Positions 48,200 to 63,795 of a stretch of DNA of 64,000 nt are shown here, in pieces (the first letter of the stretch is position 1; every line of letters begins with the position of its first letter). A program made the position numbers and the translations under genes. This stretch comes from Stegostoma tigrinum. Lineage: Eukaryota. Where the stretch lies: the NCBI RefSeq assembly GCF_030684315.1, contig NC_081356.1, positions 77,484,835 through 77,548,834 of the forward strand. The letters are read 5' to 3'. The notes under the pieces are model-generated. The model ran no database searches and was not told the origin of the DNA. It saw only the letters and a list, made by a program, of their open reading frames with translations.

Positions 48200-51100
48200 C
48201 CCAATTTCTTGGGTTTAGACAGCAGTGGGAATTTAATATTCCAGGTCATTACAGTTTGAGTTAATATAAAGGGAAATGAGGGTATGGTACCACTGCTGGT
48301 AAAGACTAACATCATATCACTCAAGCACAAAAATATCCTGAGGACAACATTATGACATTGGTTAGAGCGAAGAATAAACGTAAGTTCTATAAATGTACAT
48401 ACTGTAAATGACCATCAGTTGATATGAGGGAAGAGTGGAAATTGAGGTGGCTTGGCAGAGATACAGGGTAATAAACAGCAAAATTGCTGTTAATTTGCTC
48501 ACTTGTCACCCTTACCTTGAGCTGTGATAGCTATTGATCCAATTTAAAATTTTTATCTATTTATGAACCCATTTGCAGCATTGCGGTTTCTACCTCTAAC
48601 TTAATTTAGTCCTACAACACTATTCCTCTAATTCCTTCTTGAACTATAACAGAAATAGAGCTGGGATTACAGGGCATAATTTTAGCATTTTTAGACGACA
48701 GTATTTTCAAATTGTGAACTGTGAGGAGGATAGTGATAAGCTGCAAGACGACATGGACGTGCTGACAAGTTGGGCAGGATCTTGGCGGAGAATCCAGAAG
48801 TATTTTGGGAGGGGGGAAAAGGGAGGCAACATAAACTGAAGGGTGCAGTTGTAAAAGTGGGTGCAACAGAAATAAAGATACCTGAGTTTATATAGGCACC
48901 AATAATTGAAGATGGCAGGGCAAGGTGAAAACTTCTTTTAAAAGTGCATCCTTAGCTTTCTAAATAAGGAAACAACATAAGACAGTTCTGTGGCATCAAC
49001 TGAATTATTAATTGTATCCAATTCTGTTAACTAAATTTTAGGAAGGATGTGAAGGCTTTTGACAGGATATACAAAACATTCACAAGAACTATTTGGATTT
49101 AGGAACATCTGTTATATGGATATGTAGCGGAAGTTGGGTTGTTTTCCTCAGAAGAGGAGATTGATCAAAAAAAATATTCAACATAAGTTTTCAAACCTTG
49201 AGGCTTGAGAACCAGCAGTAATACTCAAAGCTTGTGGGTGGGGGGAAGTGGGAACAAGAGTCGAAAAGCAAATGACTGAAGCAAAGAATGAGAAACTACT
49301 AGAGGCTAACAAAGGGAACTCTCAGCCATCTTGGACATTTAAACAGTAAGAGTATGGTTAAAGGAGGACAAGGACTGAGCAGCAAGGAAAAGAGGGGATT
49401 TGCACATGGAACAGTGGCATGGTAGAAGTGTTAAATGAATACTTTGAATCTGACTTTACAAAAAATGTTGCTGCCCAGTCCATGGTAGCAGAGGAAGAAA
49501 CTCTGTCTGCAGAATGGTTCAAAATTAATAAGGAAGAAACCTTGACTAGATAATTATCACCTAAAGCTGACAAGGTTGTGGGACTAGATAAGATAATCAG
49601 TCATACAGCATGGAAACAGACCCTTTAGTCCAACCTGTAAACATCATCCAGACATGCCAGTTTGACTTAGTGCCATGTGCCAGTATTTGGCCCATTATCA
49701 CTCTCAACCCTACCTAGTCATATACCCATCTAGATGTCTTTTAAATGTTGTAGTTGTAATCACCTGCTCCACTTCCTATGGTAGCGCATTCTGTGTGCAC
49801 CACCCTCTGCATGAAAAAGTTATCTCAGGTTTGTTTTAAATCTTTTCACTCTCGCCTTAAACTGCTCTCTAGTTTTGAACTCCCCCCCCCCCCCCTAAGA
49901 AAAAGACCTTAGCTATTCACCCTATCCATGCCCCTCATGATTTTATAAACCAGGATAGGTCACCCCTCGGCCTCTGACACTCTGGGGGGGAAAATAGCCC
50001 CGGCCTATTCAGCCTCTTCCTACAACTCAAACCTCCAGTCCCAGCAATGTTTGTAATTCTTTTCTGAACCCTCTCAAGTTTAACAATTCTTCTATAGAGG
50101 AGTAACCAGAATTGTATGCAGTATTTCAAAAGTGGCCATACCAATGTCCTGTACAGCCATAGTATGATGTCTAAACTCCCAACTTCTGATCAATGAAGAC
50201 AAGCATGCCATCCAAGCAGTAGACCCATGACCAACCCATGTGGCTTACCGCTGGTCACAGACCTCCAATGTGAAAAGCAACCCTCTACCACCATCTGCTG
50301 TCCTCTCCCTTCAAACCAATTTTGTATCTTATTGGCTAGCTCCCATGGGATTTGCTTTCTACTTCAGCCCCAAGCTGGTGAGCATCCAAAGCTTTAACAG
50401 AACAAGTAAGTGATTGAATTGTTAAAATGTTAGTGCTCTAAAACATGGGCAGTAGTTAAAACCGGTATTGTTGTTACATTACATGTATGGCTACACTGGT
50501 TAAACTGCTCGGTATAACTGTCAACAAAACTTTAGTGTTTCTGAATGCAACTTAATTAGGTATCTTATAGATAAGATGGCAGAGTAGTTAGTATGTTCCA
50601 TCTGTCTCACATGAAGACTGGTCAAGACTTGAGAGACTCCCAAAGGCAGCCAGATCTGTAGTGTGTCCCTTCAGTTTAAGGAACTTCAGCTCCAAGTTGA
50701 TGAACTGAAGTTTGAGCTTTGTAAAATTTGGGAAGGTATTCACACCTCTTAGCTCGGTCTGTACTCGGGGACGTGAGGAAAACGGGTATGGGAATCTAAA
50801 TATAGCAATGCAGGAACTTCAGGACCTATAGTTGCTCACTGGTTTGAGTTTCCTACAACTTTCATGGACAGCACTTTAGGGCTGCAGAGTAGATGGCCAG
50901 ACTACCTTCAAAATGCTGTGGCAGGGAGCCATTCAAGTGAAATAGGATGGGGTAAAAAGTAAAATAATTGTACCAGTGACATAATAGTTATGGGAATAAA
51001 TATTGGTCACTGTAGCTGCAAGTCTGGTTCTGAAGATTGCCAAGTTCCAGGATTGAGAGCTTTTTATCAAGGCTGGAGTGGAATTTGGAGAGATGTATAC

Positions 51101-52460
51101 AGTTGTCACAGTCCATATGGGTACCAACAACTAAGAGGAGTTTTATAATGAAGTATAAACAGCTAGGGGCTAAATTAAACAATGGTAATCATGTCTGGAT
51201 TAATACCTGAACATATTGGCATAGGGTAAATAAAATCAGTTGAATGGAAGACTCCGATTGCTATGGGTGAAATGTTATTTCGTTCAGGGAACTCAGCACC
51301 AGGGGAAAAAGAGGACTGTTAGTACAGTCTTCACCTGAACCACGCTGGGACCTGTGGACTGACAAATTGTATAACTAGGGCTGTAGATTGAGTTTAAAAT
51401 AGTGGGTGGAGGGAAGAGTTCATGAGTGGAGATTTGGAAATTCAGAGAGGATGAGTCAGTCATGCAGATTAGCAACGCAGGTAATGACGCGTAAAGGGAT
51501 GGTGTGTGCAGACAATGTGTCAGCAAATAAGCTTAGCAGTTAAAAAGAATGCATTAAAGGTTCTTTATCTGCATTATGCAGTGTAATGATGGATAAATTA
51601 ATTGCACCAATATAAATAGGTGAGGAGGGGCTCTTGTGGAGCAGTGGTAGTGTCCTTACCCCTGGACTGGGAGACCTGAGTTCAAATGTCACCTGCTCTA
51701 GAGATGTGTTAAAAACATCTCTTTGAATAGGGTGATTAGAAAAATTGCTTATATACGTAAGAGTATGACTGGGACTGGGACCTAATGTTCAAGTGTATTT
51801 GACAGATCAGGGGGGAAAAAAGTAAGAAAGTAAAAGGAGGCAGAGTGATTCAGCTTCTAAAGGACAGTATCAGTACAATAATGAAAAATGACAGTTCAGT
51901 GAATCAAAATGTAGAACCCATTCTTTTGTGGAGATAAACAGTAAAGCAAATAAGTCACTTTAGGAGTGGTATGTAAGCCCACTGACAAATAGGTACACTA
52001 ATTAATTATTGCAATTAATGTTTATTGTATTATCTTATGGGAGATTTTTTCAAAAAATGATTTGGATGAATCAAACTGACAAAAATATCCAGGATAGGTT
52101 AATTAACCTGTGAATTGTGGGGATTATGGGACAGAAGCAGCAAAGTGATGTTATTGGGATAATCAAAGCCATCGTGATTTTGCAGGATGACAGACCAGGC
52201 TCAGTGAGCCAAATGGCTGACTTGTTATTGTGACCTATCCACATTTTTCAGTACTTGTGAAGCACAGAATCATAGAACTATGCAAGAGGAGGACGTTTGG
52301 TCCTGTGTTCAACAGCTCTTTGATCATGATTATTTGGTCCCATTCTCCTGCCCTTTGACGCTGCACGTTGTTTCTATCTAAACAACAATCTAATACCATG
52401 TTGAATGTCTCAATCGAACCTGGATTCACACTTCTATGTAGTGCACTCCATACCCAAGTC
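48200..52460. mobile_element. Intergenic patchwork of degenerate CR1 fragments (both strands) with small SINEs
   Basis: WEFNIPG, VNCEEDSDKLQDD, LKYCIQFW, and an ORF1-like VHMGTN remnant near 51110. Confidence 0.6.
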
Positions 52461-52869
52461 AATCGTTTAAAAACGCTGCCTCAATGTGAACCTTCACCGT
52501 AGGGATAACTAAAACACGTTGGGTCGGTTTTGAAGCTAAAGGCTTTGTCCCATCAGAACGAGACAAGCTTGAAGTGCCCTGTGTTAATTTCGCTATTGCT
52601 TTAACGCAACCTAACGTTGGTTGAAGTTATTGAAGAACAGCGTATAAATTCCAAATTTTGTTCAAATAATGGGAAATTCGGAGGGGAAAAAAAGGAAGAT
52701 ATCAGATAGGTTTTTTTTGACGAAACTGTTGAGGTTTGATTGAACCACTATTGCATCTTTCAAAGTATGTAATTTCACCTCCACAGAGAGAAACGTGACG
52801 CTGTTTTAGAACTTTTTAATTGTTCGCATTTAACCCACCAGATGAATTTTGTTGCAGGATGTAAAGGCT

Positions 52870-53257
<388 letters not shown>

Positions 53258-54859
53258 TAAACTCGGCCCGACCCATCAGCCCTACCGGGGGAGTGGGGTG
53301 GTGGGTGAACTGGGAACCCGTCCCGGGGAGGGGACAACATCCTCTCCGCTACTCCTGGGGTAGGAACAGGGTCTTCAACTGACAGTTCCTGGCGCCTTTA
53401 GCAGGCGTGCGGAGTTTTCGGAGGTTGCAAGTTGGGTGGGGCAATCGAGATGGTAACTGGAAACTGCTTAGTGTATGGGAACGCTTCGCGTTGATTCTCG
53501 TAATTTACAAGTTGTGAAGCACGAAAAGAGGCTGCATCTTTCATCAAACATGACTTCATCGTGAAAGGTGATTTGTGGTGCTTATTTTCTCGAAGGCCTT
53601 TACTGCTCAGTGAGGTTGTTGAACAGTTTTGAGATGTGTTGTAATTACCCGTGCAAGCCCAGGTTTGTACATCACTCCTGAGACACCCCTAAATCATTAA
53701 CTTTATAATTAGATCTACTTAAATAGAGTGGTACACACTTGCCTTGGTACTTCAGGTTTTTATGAATCACCATGAGGGAATTTTGTGACGCAGTATACAG
53801 TACTGAACGCGACCCTTTGTCCCCGTGCTCATCACACTCTTGCTGTTTCTGCGCATTCCTGTAAACGTTTCCCTTTAAGAATTTATCCAATTTATTTCTT
53901 TATGCTCACTGAATCTGTTTTCAGTTGCTCTTCCTGGCAATGCCTTTCAGTTCATAAAGCACTTTACTACATAAAAGTGAGGAAATTATGCCAAATATTT
54001 ATACAGCAATATAATAAAGATTGCTGCGGTGCAGAAGAGCTCCATTAAAATGGTGTAACAAAACCAAAGGAAACTACTGGTGTTGAATGTTTACCAGCAG
54101 ATCGTTTTCAGAAGTGTGAAATTTCCACTCTGTCAACGTTTACGAAGTACGCAAAGTAACCATGAAGGTATGGCAAGCAAATAAGTTAAATGGCATTTTG
54201 GCTTTGTGCGAGAGAGCGATCAGAGCAGAGAACATAGAGAAAGGACTCGTGCTGTATTACAAAGAGCGCCTCGCAAGTAAAAATACAACATAGTGAAATC
54301 GTAAGACAATTGGGGAGAATTTTGATGACACCATATCTGGAGTACCGTGCACACTTTGGTCTCCACGTTTTAAAAAAAATGTACTTGTATTAGGAGCGTT
54401 GTTGAGACTCAGTGGGATAGTACTATGGAAATCAAGCCCTGCTAAACTCAGTCACAAAATTTGAAGATTTTATAGAAGTACAAAAAACTCTGCAATTTAA
54501 CTGATTTTTCAAACCCAGTTTGACAAAAGCATGAACTAGATTTCCATACCTAACAAAAATTGCCATTATGTATAAATGGACTCTAGCTTCATGTAAACAA
54601 TTATAAATCATTAGCATCTAATCCTATTGGTTAAACTCTAACTGCATTATAAACTCTGTCATCGACAGAAGTGTGTTGACAGGAAACAAACATGGATGGA
54701 GGGCAAACTGGGAAAGCGGTTCACTTTTATTACCACAGAATATACTGAGGTGGTTTGTGTTGATCAGAATGCTGCTTTTCATGTTTTCCTTCTGATCCTT
54801 GCATTCGTTTACATGAGACGTGAGGTAGGACCAAGATGTAGAATTAAACTCCGCAAAAT

Positions 54860-55102
54860 ATGGCAGATAGTGGAATTTGAATTCAGCAAATATCTGGAAT
54901 TATGCATGTAATGATAACCATGATTGTATTAATTTGTTATTGAAATGTCCCTTAGGGTAGGAAACTGCCATCCTCACCTGGTCTGGCCTACACGTGACTC
55001 CAGCCCCACAGCAATGTGATTGACTTTTCACTGCCCTCTAGACAATTAGGGATGGGCATTAAATGCTACCCAGACAGAGACGCACTCGCACCATGAATGA
55101 AT
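54860..55102 (+). mobile_element. Deu-domain SINE
   Basis: cctggtctggcctacacgtgactccagccccacagcaatgtg; matches the 32280 copy. Confidence 0.7.
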
Positions 55103-55269
55103 TTTAGAAAACAGTAAAGAAAAGATGCTGCTTGGCCTGCTGTGTTCGTCCAGCTCTAAACCTTGTTATCTCAGATTCTCCAGCATCTGCAGTTCCTATT
55201 ATCTCTGTTACAAAGAAAATAATCCCCTGGTGCAAGTTGTAGTCCAAGACATAGTATAAACCAGGTATT

Positions 55270-57390
55270 ATTGTGACAATAATCATAGGTGATAGGCATA
55301 TAGACTGGATTAATCAAATTTGGCAATGTTAACCTTGGAGAGTTCAAAGTCTATTAGAGATTGCTGTAAGAAACAGTATGTTGGGGAGCCAATCAGGGAG
55401 CATTTTCTTTTGTATTTCGTATTGTGTAACGAGATAGGATTGATTAATCTTGTAGTAAAAGATCGTCCTAGGGAAAAGTGATAATAGCATGCTGAAATTT
55501 CAAATTCAGTTTGAGGAAGAGAAATTTAAGTTCCATATTAGTGTTCCGGAGTTAAAGATAATTACATTTGCACGAAGACAAATTCTGCCTCAGTGGACAG
55601 GGCAGAAAGACTGAAAAAGAAAATGATTGATGAACAGCAGAAAACATTTGAAGGAGATATTTCCGTTCCTTCGACTAAAATATATTCCAGGAGGAGGAAA
55701 GTTCGTAAAAAGAGGAAAAGCATCCATGGTTAAGCATGGACATTAAAGAGAACATGAGGGCAAAAAGTAATGTGCACCATATTGCAAAGGATAGTGGCTG
55801 GCTGGAGGATTCAAAGCTTTTAAAGACCAACAAAAGGTTACTTTAAAAAATAATAAAAAGGTTAATTGTGAAAGACTCGTGCAAAATATCGAGATGGATA
55901 GCAAAAGCTTCAATGAATATTTAAAAAGGAAGAGAGTTGCTAAAGTGAATGTTGATTCCTTGGAGGATGTGGGAGTTAGAAATTGGGAACATGAAATGTC
56001 GTAGACAGAAAATCATTACTTTGCCTCAGTTTTCATTGTAAAAGACACTGAAACCCCATCCAAATAATAAGAGTAGAGATTAGAAAAAAGGAGGAACTTA
56101 AAATAATTACCATCACTAGGAAAATGTGCTGAGCAACCTACTGGGATTAAAAGCAGGCAAGATCTCAAGACCTGATGGCCTACATCCTAGGGCCTTAAAG
56201 AGTCAGCAGAGATGATGGATCCATTGGTTATAATATTCCAGTATTCCTATGGGTAGGTTCCGGTGATTTGGGAAAAATGCTAATATAATGCTCTTAGTCA
56301 GAAAATGAGGGAGGCAGAAATTAGAAACTGTAGACCAGTGGTTTAGCGTCTGTTGGGAAATTGTTGGAATCCATTATCAAGGAGGTAGCAACAAGACCAT
56401 TTGGAAAGTCAAATTACAGTATGTTAGAGTCAGCATGATTCCATCTAAGCTAAATCATTTTTGACTATTTCACTGGAGTCCTTCGAAGATGTAACAAGCA
56501 AAGTAGATAACAGGGCCTGTAATAGTTTATACAGACTACTTGGAGACATTTGATCAGGTTCTGCACAAAAGGTTAATGCAAAAGGTAAGATGACGTGGTT
56601 ACGGGTAATATGTTAGCTTGGATAGTGGAGTGGCTAACCAACAAAAAGCAGCGAGTCGGCATAGGCGCATCTCTTTCTGGTTGGCATGCTCGTTTGCCAC
56701 AGAGTTCAGTCCTGGGTTTCCAACTGTTTACAATCTATATTCATGACTCGGATGCAGGGATAGGATTGCTGTAGCCAAATTTGCAGAAGATGCTAAAGTA
56801 GGTCTGACAGTTAGTTACAATAAAGAAGTAAGAACCTTATAAGTAGATTGGGTGAATAGACCAAAATTTCGCATTAGAGTTTAATGTGGATAAGTGTAAG
56901 GTTATCCACTTTGGTCAGAAGAATAAAAAGACAACTTATCTAAATAGATAGAAATTTCAAAATTCTTCCTGCAGAGGAATCTGGATGCCTTTGTGTATGA
57001 ATTACAGAAAACTAATATGTAGATAGAGCAAGTAATAGGGAGGTGGGGGGATGGGGTGGCAAATGGAATTTTGCCATTTATTCCGAAAGAAATGAAGTAC
57101 AAAAGCAGGGAAGCTTTGTCATAATGGTACAAAGTATTGGTGAGAGTACAGTTTGAGTTTTGCATATAGTTTTGGTCCCCTTCCTTGAGGAATGTAATTG
57201 CATTGAAGGCAATTCAGATAACGTTCACTAGACTAACTCCAGAGATGAGAGATTTGTCCTGTGAGGAGAAATTGAGCAGTTTGAGGTTGTACTCTCGGAT
57301 GAGAGGAGTTCTACTTGAGATATACAGCCATAGTTTTAGACACTCGGGTAAGCAGCTTTAAAACTGAGACAAGGAGAAATTGCATCTCTG
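55270..57390 (+). mobile_element. Long, heavily decayed CR1 ORF2
   Basis: Collinear remnants of endonuclease-to-RT sequence (PDGLHPRALK, AKFAEDAK) with many stops. Confidence 0.7.
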
Positions 57391-58069
57391 AACCAGATGG
57401 GTTTTTCTGACAGTTGTAATGGTAAAATTGACTGGTCAGTTGTGATGGTAATCATTAAACTCTTAATTCCCAGATCTTCTGTCTTTTAGGGATGGAAACT
57501 GCCGTCTTTACCTGGTCTGGCTTACTTGTGACTCCGGACCCATAACTGCCTTTTGCGCAATGAGGGATAGGCAGTAAATAGCTGCCCAGGTAGTGACTTC
57601 CTAATCTTGGGAATGAATAAAAAAAAATGCTTCTGGACCTTTTAAAACTAAATTCCTTAGACTGAGAGAACCTATGTCTTAACAGTTTAGGAGCAGGTGT
57701 CTTTTTACCACAGCTTCAGCTAACGCTTCTACAAACTGCTACACTCAAAAGCCTTTCTTCAAGCAATGGGTGACTTCCATAAGCCCAAAAACAATTTGAG
57801 TATTTGAACTGAAACCTCCACTAATCACTATTTATTCTGTTCACTCGTAAAGCTCTGTCAATGTAAACAAGATCCCAGTACTCTGCAGGATATCTTTCTC
57901 TCTGGCAACAGAAATACTTGCAAATACTTTAATGAATAAAACCCTTTCAAAGACACATCCAAGCCATGTGCCACTAGTTCAAAATCTTGAATACTTGATA
58001 TTAAAAGACATTTATTTTCTTTACATATAAAAATAAAGAATAGGTCCTATGATAGGTTGAGTAAATTGT

Positions 58070-61000
58070 ATATGCCTTACATGGAGTTAAGAATGAGAAC
58101 TGATTTCATTGAAGTGAACAAGATTCTGAAGGACCTAGGGTAGACACTGTGAGATTATTCCCTCTGGCCCAAGAGTCCAAAACAGTCACAGTCTTGAGAT
58201 AAAAACCCAATCATTCAAGATGAGACATTTCTTCACTTGAGCAGTTGTACATCTTTGGAATTCTCTACCCGGGAGGGTTGCGGAATCTTTCATTGAATGC
58301 TGACGTTGGCAGATCTTACTTTGCTTCAGAGACTGCATTTTGTATTACGAGTGACATGATCTATAACAATTTTATTCTGTCACCTTGGATTCTTTTGTCA
58401 GTCGTCTAAATTTGTTCTCTGGTTACCCACTTTTCTTCTACTGTAAGCAGCTTTCCTTTATTTCAACTGCAAGTCATTAGATTTCCTCTTAAACCTAATC
58501 TTTGAGGAGAGCAATCTTGATTTCTCCAGTCTATCCACATAGTTAAAGTCCTTCACCTCTGACACATAATCTCTTCTGTGATTTTAGGCCTGTTTTAAGG
58601 CACTGCAAAAGTCCAATGCTGAGAGTTGAATGCCACACTCCAACATTAATAAATATTTAGCATAAATCCTTTCCTTTTGTTCACAGTTTTAAAGCTAACA
58701 ATTCTAAATGCTTCTTTTTCACCAGCCCTTATTTTTGTTTCTGACTGTTTAAACATACCTCCAAATCTCTCTCGCTTTAGAATTGTACCATTTAGTTCAT
58801 ATTGTCTTGTCTCTTAATCTCCCCACCAAAGTGTTTCACCTCACATTGCTCTCTCATCTGTCATGCGCATCACCTTTTTCATCCGTCTGTGTTATGGTGT
58901 CTTGAAATTATGTTCTGTCCTTATTGTTTACATTTCAAAGTTTTATATCACCTGTGAACTTTGAAATAATGCCTTCTAACTGAGCCATTATTAGGAGTTG
59001 GAGCAGCAATCCTAGTGGTGCCCCAGGCAGAATACCATTTCTTTTCATTCTAGAGGGAAATGTTCATCTGTCCATGTGTTCTTCTCGTCTATTAGCCCTT
59101 GAATCCCTTGAATTTCAATATTGCTGACCAGTCCATTGTGGGTTCTCTGCCTTTTTAAAAAGTCAGTATATGTAGCATCAACAATCATACAGCCATCATC
59201 CCTCTGTTGCTTCATCATGACATGTTGTTTGAGCACATTGTGTCTTTAATAAATCATTTGTTTATTATCCCATTTTGTTTTCAAATTGCAATCCTACATC
59301 TTCCTGATCATTGTTTGTAAAAATTTGCCTGCTAATGACATAAGGCTGACTGGCCTCTAGTGACCAGGTTTGTCCCTTTTTCTTTTTGAATAAACTGTTA
59401 AGTTGAGTCCACTATCTGTCACACCAATCCTGTGCCCAAGGATTGTAAGATTATGGTTTGATACTCTGCAATTTTCACCTTATCTATCGGTAATCAAGGT
59501 TGCTTCACCTCTGGACCAGATGAGTTTCTGCTTTGAGGCTGGCCAGCCTTTAACCTTTTAATCCTCGATGTATTTTTATCCTGTTCAGTGTCACAGCTGC
59601 TTCCTCTTATTGCTACTTAGTAGACTTCTCAATACTAGCAAAGTCAAATATCAAGTACTCATTTAGTAACTCAGCTACACTTCTGCATCCACAGGAAGAT
59701 TTTCTTGGTGCCTGACCCACCCTTCCTCGACTGCCCTTAAATTTTGCTAAAAAAGAGTCACCTTGTCTAGATATTTACAAATCAACCTCTTCCAACTTTA
59801 TGACTGACTCACTTCTGGTGCAGATGGGGCTCAAAACCAGGCTTCTGGCTCTCCAGTCGTGAAACTACCACTGTACCACAAGAGTTCTGAGTTACCTTGC
59901 TATTGTTACTCTCATTAACACATTACGTAGAGTGATACTTGCCAGTCAGTTGGTGAATAATCTCTTTAGATGGTGCAAGCATATTACTTTGGGATGCTGC
60001 GTAGAATTCCTTAGTATTTCTGAAATTAAAATTGGTTTTGGCTTATGATCCAGTGTGCCAAACACTATAGTTGGATGTAGGCATTCAGTGGGAACCTCAA
60101 AAAATGTCCATTTTGTTTCAGAAAGGCAACTCTGAAAACTCACCACTAATTCTATTGAAAACCTCATTCACTACATGCAGTACAGACTGCAAAATTAATA
60201 AAGTATGGTCAGGTTTTCTGTTGTCAGCTTGAAGTTGTGATATATTATTTGAGTTGTAGAGATTCTATGCTTTATTAATAGAAACAGTATTAATTTGCAC
60301 GCTATAGCTGCTTGTTAAATCTACTAGGTTTTGCAAAATACTGTGTTTGCTGGGAATGCAAAATTAATAACGAAAAATGTTGGAAATCCTCAATGGAGAC
60401 CATACACATTGAGTTAAAGAAATGCTGTCTTAGTACTGGAAGTCTTTTTCTAGAGTCTTTAAACAATCAGAAGGAGATAGAAGAGCAGGTTATGGGGGGA
60501 TATTTCTGAAAAATGGAGCAACACCAGAACAGTAACGAATTACTTTTAACTACTTCAATTTTAACTGGTATAGTTATAGGAATGGCAGGAACTTTTTTGG
60601 CCAGTATATAGTCAATGCAACAAGAGAGGGTACAGTTCTGGGCATCATTAAAGAAGGTGTAAGGGTAAAATAAAAAAAGGAATTTAGGAAAGCAAAGAGA
60701 ATATGAAAGAATATCTGCAAGAAAGATCAAGGCGACCCCCAAGGTGTTTAGTTAATTCATTGTGTAAGAGGAAATTAAGAGTACCTATTTTTTTTTTTAA
60801 AAAGTAACCTGTCGAGGTGGAAGATGAGAGTATGGCTTTGAATGAATACTTTGTGTTGTTCTCTTCATAATTAATCGCTTCTCACTGCGGTGTAGATCCT
60901 CACTGTGTGCCATAGGATTGGAGGACTGGAATTATTGCACCTTTGTGCAAAAATGGCACAGGGCATAGGCTGTCTGGCCTGTAATTATTTAGTCTAACCT

Positions 61001-63300
61001 TTTGGGATAGGTAAATCGTTGAAATCGATTCTGAAATACAGAATAAACTGTCAGTTAAGAAGACCCAGACTAATCAAGGAGAGCATGGATTTCAGGAAGG
61101 GTAGTGTCTAACTTTATTAACTTCAAAAAAATTCAATTAAGAGGATTGATGAGAGTAGTGTATGTGATACAGTCTACATGTACTTGTGCAGGGCTAATGA
61201 CAAGACTGCAAGTGGCAGACAAAAAGATCCTTTTGGGATGCAAGACATTGCAGTAAGACGGATTCAAAATTGGCCTGCTGGCAGGAAACAAAGGTTAACT
61301 ATTTGGGTGTTGTTGTATCTGAGAGGCTATATCCAGTGATGTTCCACAGGGCTCAGTCCTACATCCGTTGTGTTTGTGGTATATATAAATGACTCAAATG
61401 AAATGCAGGGACCATGATCAAGAAGTTTTAAGGTGGCACAAAAATTGACTAAATTGTGCAGGTAGATATAAATGGGTATAACATAATTTTTGATTGCGGA
61501 GACGTGGCTGCAGGGTGACCAGGGTATTCAGTACTTAGGAAGGACAGGCAAAAATGAAAAGTTGGTGAAGTGGTATTGCTGGTTAACGAGGAAATTCTCA
61601 CAGTGGTAAGAAAGGATATTAGCTCTGATAATTTGGAGCCTGTATGGGTAGAGTTGAGCAATATCAAGGGGCCGAAAACATTTGTGGGTGTCATATATAG
61701 ACCCCCAAGCTGTAGTGTTGTTGAGAATGGCATTAAACAGGAAATTAGTGATGCATGTGATAAGGAAATATTGGTGAACATGGGTGATTTTAATGTGCAC
61801 GTAGATTGTGGCTAATTTGATCTGCCCAGAGCTGTAAAGGAGGAATTCCTGGATCATATATTGGTCAACAAAACCTTCCCATATGTGGAAAACCAACTAG
61901 AGAGCAGGCCGTCTCAGACTGGGTACTGTGTAATGAGAAGGGAAGTGTTGCCTGTCTAGTTGTGCAAGACCCCTTGGGGATGAGAGACCATAATGTGTTT
62001 GGATTTTTTATCAAGATCTAGAATGAGTTAGTTGATTCAAAGTAAAAACCAAAAGAGCTGCAGATGCTGTAAATCAAGTACAAAAACAAAGTTGCTGGAA
62101 AAGCTCAGCAGGTCAGGCAGCATCTGTGAAGGAGAAAACAGTTGATGTTTCAGGTCCGGTGACCCTTCCTCACAAGTCAGTTCATAAAACGTCCATAAAA
62201 CCCTCAAAGTTGCCATCCAAGTTGATAAGTTTGTTAAGGTGTATGGTGGGTTGATTGGCAGGGGAATTGAGTTTAAGAGCCACGAGGTTATGCTACAGCT
62301 CTGTAAAACCCTGGTTAGACCGTATTTAGAATATTGTGTTCAGTTGTGGTTGCCTCACTATAGGAAGGATGTGGAAGCTTTAGAGATGGTGTGGAGGAGA
62401 TTTACCAGGATGCTGCCTGGACTGGAGGCAGGTCTTATGAGCAAAGGTTGAGGGAGCTAGGACTTTTCTCATTGGAGCGAAGAAGGATGAGAATTGACTC
62501 GATAGAGGTGTACAAGATGATGAGAGGCACAGATAGTGTTAGCTGGAGACTTTTTCCCAAGATGGAAATGACTATCGCGAAGGGGCATAATTTTAAGGTG
62601 ATTGAAGAAAGGTATGGGGGAGATGTGTTGCTGGCATTGGCAGTGGAGTCGCATATGTTTGGGACATTTTAGCAACTCTTCGATAGGCACATGGATGAAA
62701 GTAAATGTAGGGTTTGCAGGGTAATTTGACCTTGGATTAGCATAATAGGTTGGCACAACATTGTGGGCCAAAGGGCTGGTGCTATTCCATGTTCTAAGTC
62801 AAAGGTAATGTTTTTGGGGAAGTCAAAGGCAAAGGACAATACAGTTAATTGGCAGCAGAGAGGTTTTGAGGCTGTCAGGGACCTTGGAGACAACGTGCAC
62901 AGGCCCCTGAAGATAGGATGTGTTGATGAGGCGATTAAAAGGGTATATGAAATACTTTATCTTTTGTTTCAGCTGATAAGAGAGAGGAACACTGAAGCTA
63001 TATAAAGCATTAATTAGTCACAGGCTGTCTACTGCATGCAGCAATGGCCCCCTCAATACAGAAAGGATGTAATGACACTGATCTAGCAACCGGGGAATGC
63101 AGCTAGAACAAGAAAGCCACAGCCATGAGGAAAAACTCAGTAGTTTGGGGTTATTTTCTTGGAACACAGAAAGCTGATGAGAGATTTGATTTCACAAGGC
63201 TATGAAGGACCTGGGTAGAGTGGATGGAAAGCACCTATTTGCATGGACTTTTAAGGGATTAGTAACAGAATTATAGATGAGATGAGGAAAAACATTTCTA
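58070..63300. mobile_element. Multiple degenerate CR1 fragments in PGGT1B intron 1
   Basis: VGVIYRPP...MGDFN (61570-61815), LVRPYLEYCVQLWLPHYRKDV (62239-62451), and reverse remnants at 58380-59700. Confidence 0.7.
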
Positions 63301-63404
63301 CCTAGAAAGTGATAATGGGAACTGCAGATGCTGGAGAATCCAAGATAACAAAGTGTGGAGCTGGATGAACACAGCAGGCCAAGCAGCATCTCAGGGGCAC
63401 AAAA

Positions 63405-63438
63405 GCTGACGTTTCAGGCCTAGACCCTTCATCAGAGA
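63405..63438 (-). ncRNA. Minimal hammerhead ribozyme motif (PLE-associated)
   Basis: Minus strand reads ct-CTGATGA-agggtctaggcct-GAAAC-GTC-ag: intact core with a GUC cleavage triplet. Confidence 0.7.
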
Positions 63439-63681
63439 GGGGGATGGGGAGAGGGAACTGGAATAAATTGGGAGAGAGGGGGAGGCAGTCCGAAGACAGA
63501 GAAAAGAAGATAGGTGGAGAGGAGAGTAGAGGTGAAAAGGTAGGGAGGGGATAGGTCAGTCCAAGGAAGATGGGCAGGTCAAGGAGGCGGGATGAGGTGG
63601 TAGGTAGGAAATGGAGGTGCGGCTTGAGGTAGGAGGAAGGGATGGGTGAGAGGAAGAACAGGCTAGGGAAGCAGAGACAGG

Positions 63682-63795
63682 CTGGGCTGGTTTTGGGATG
63701 CAGTGGGGGGAGGGGATGAGCTGGGCTGGTTTTGTGATGCAGGGGGGGGAGGGGAAGAACTGGGCTGGTTTTGGGATGCAGTGGGGGAAGGGGAG
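63682..63795. repeat. 39-bp G-rich tandem repeat, 3 copies
   Basis: ctgggctggttttg(g/t)gatgcag... units begin at 63682, 63721 and 63760. Confidence 0.85.
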
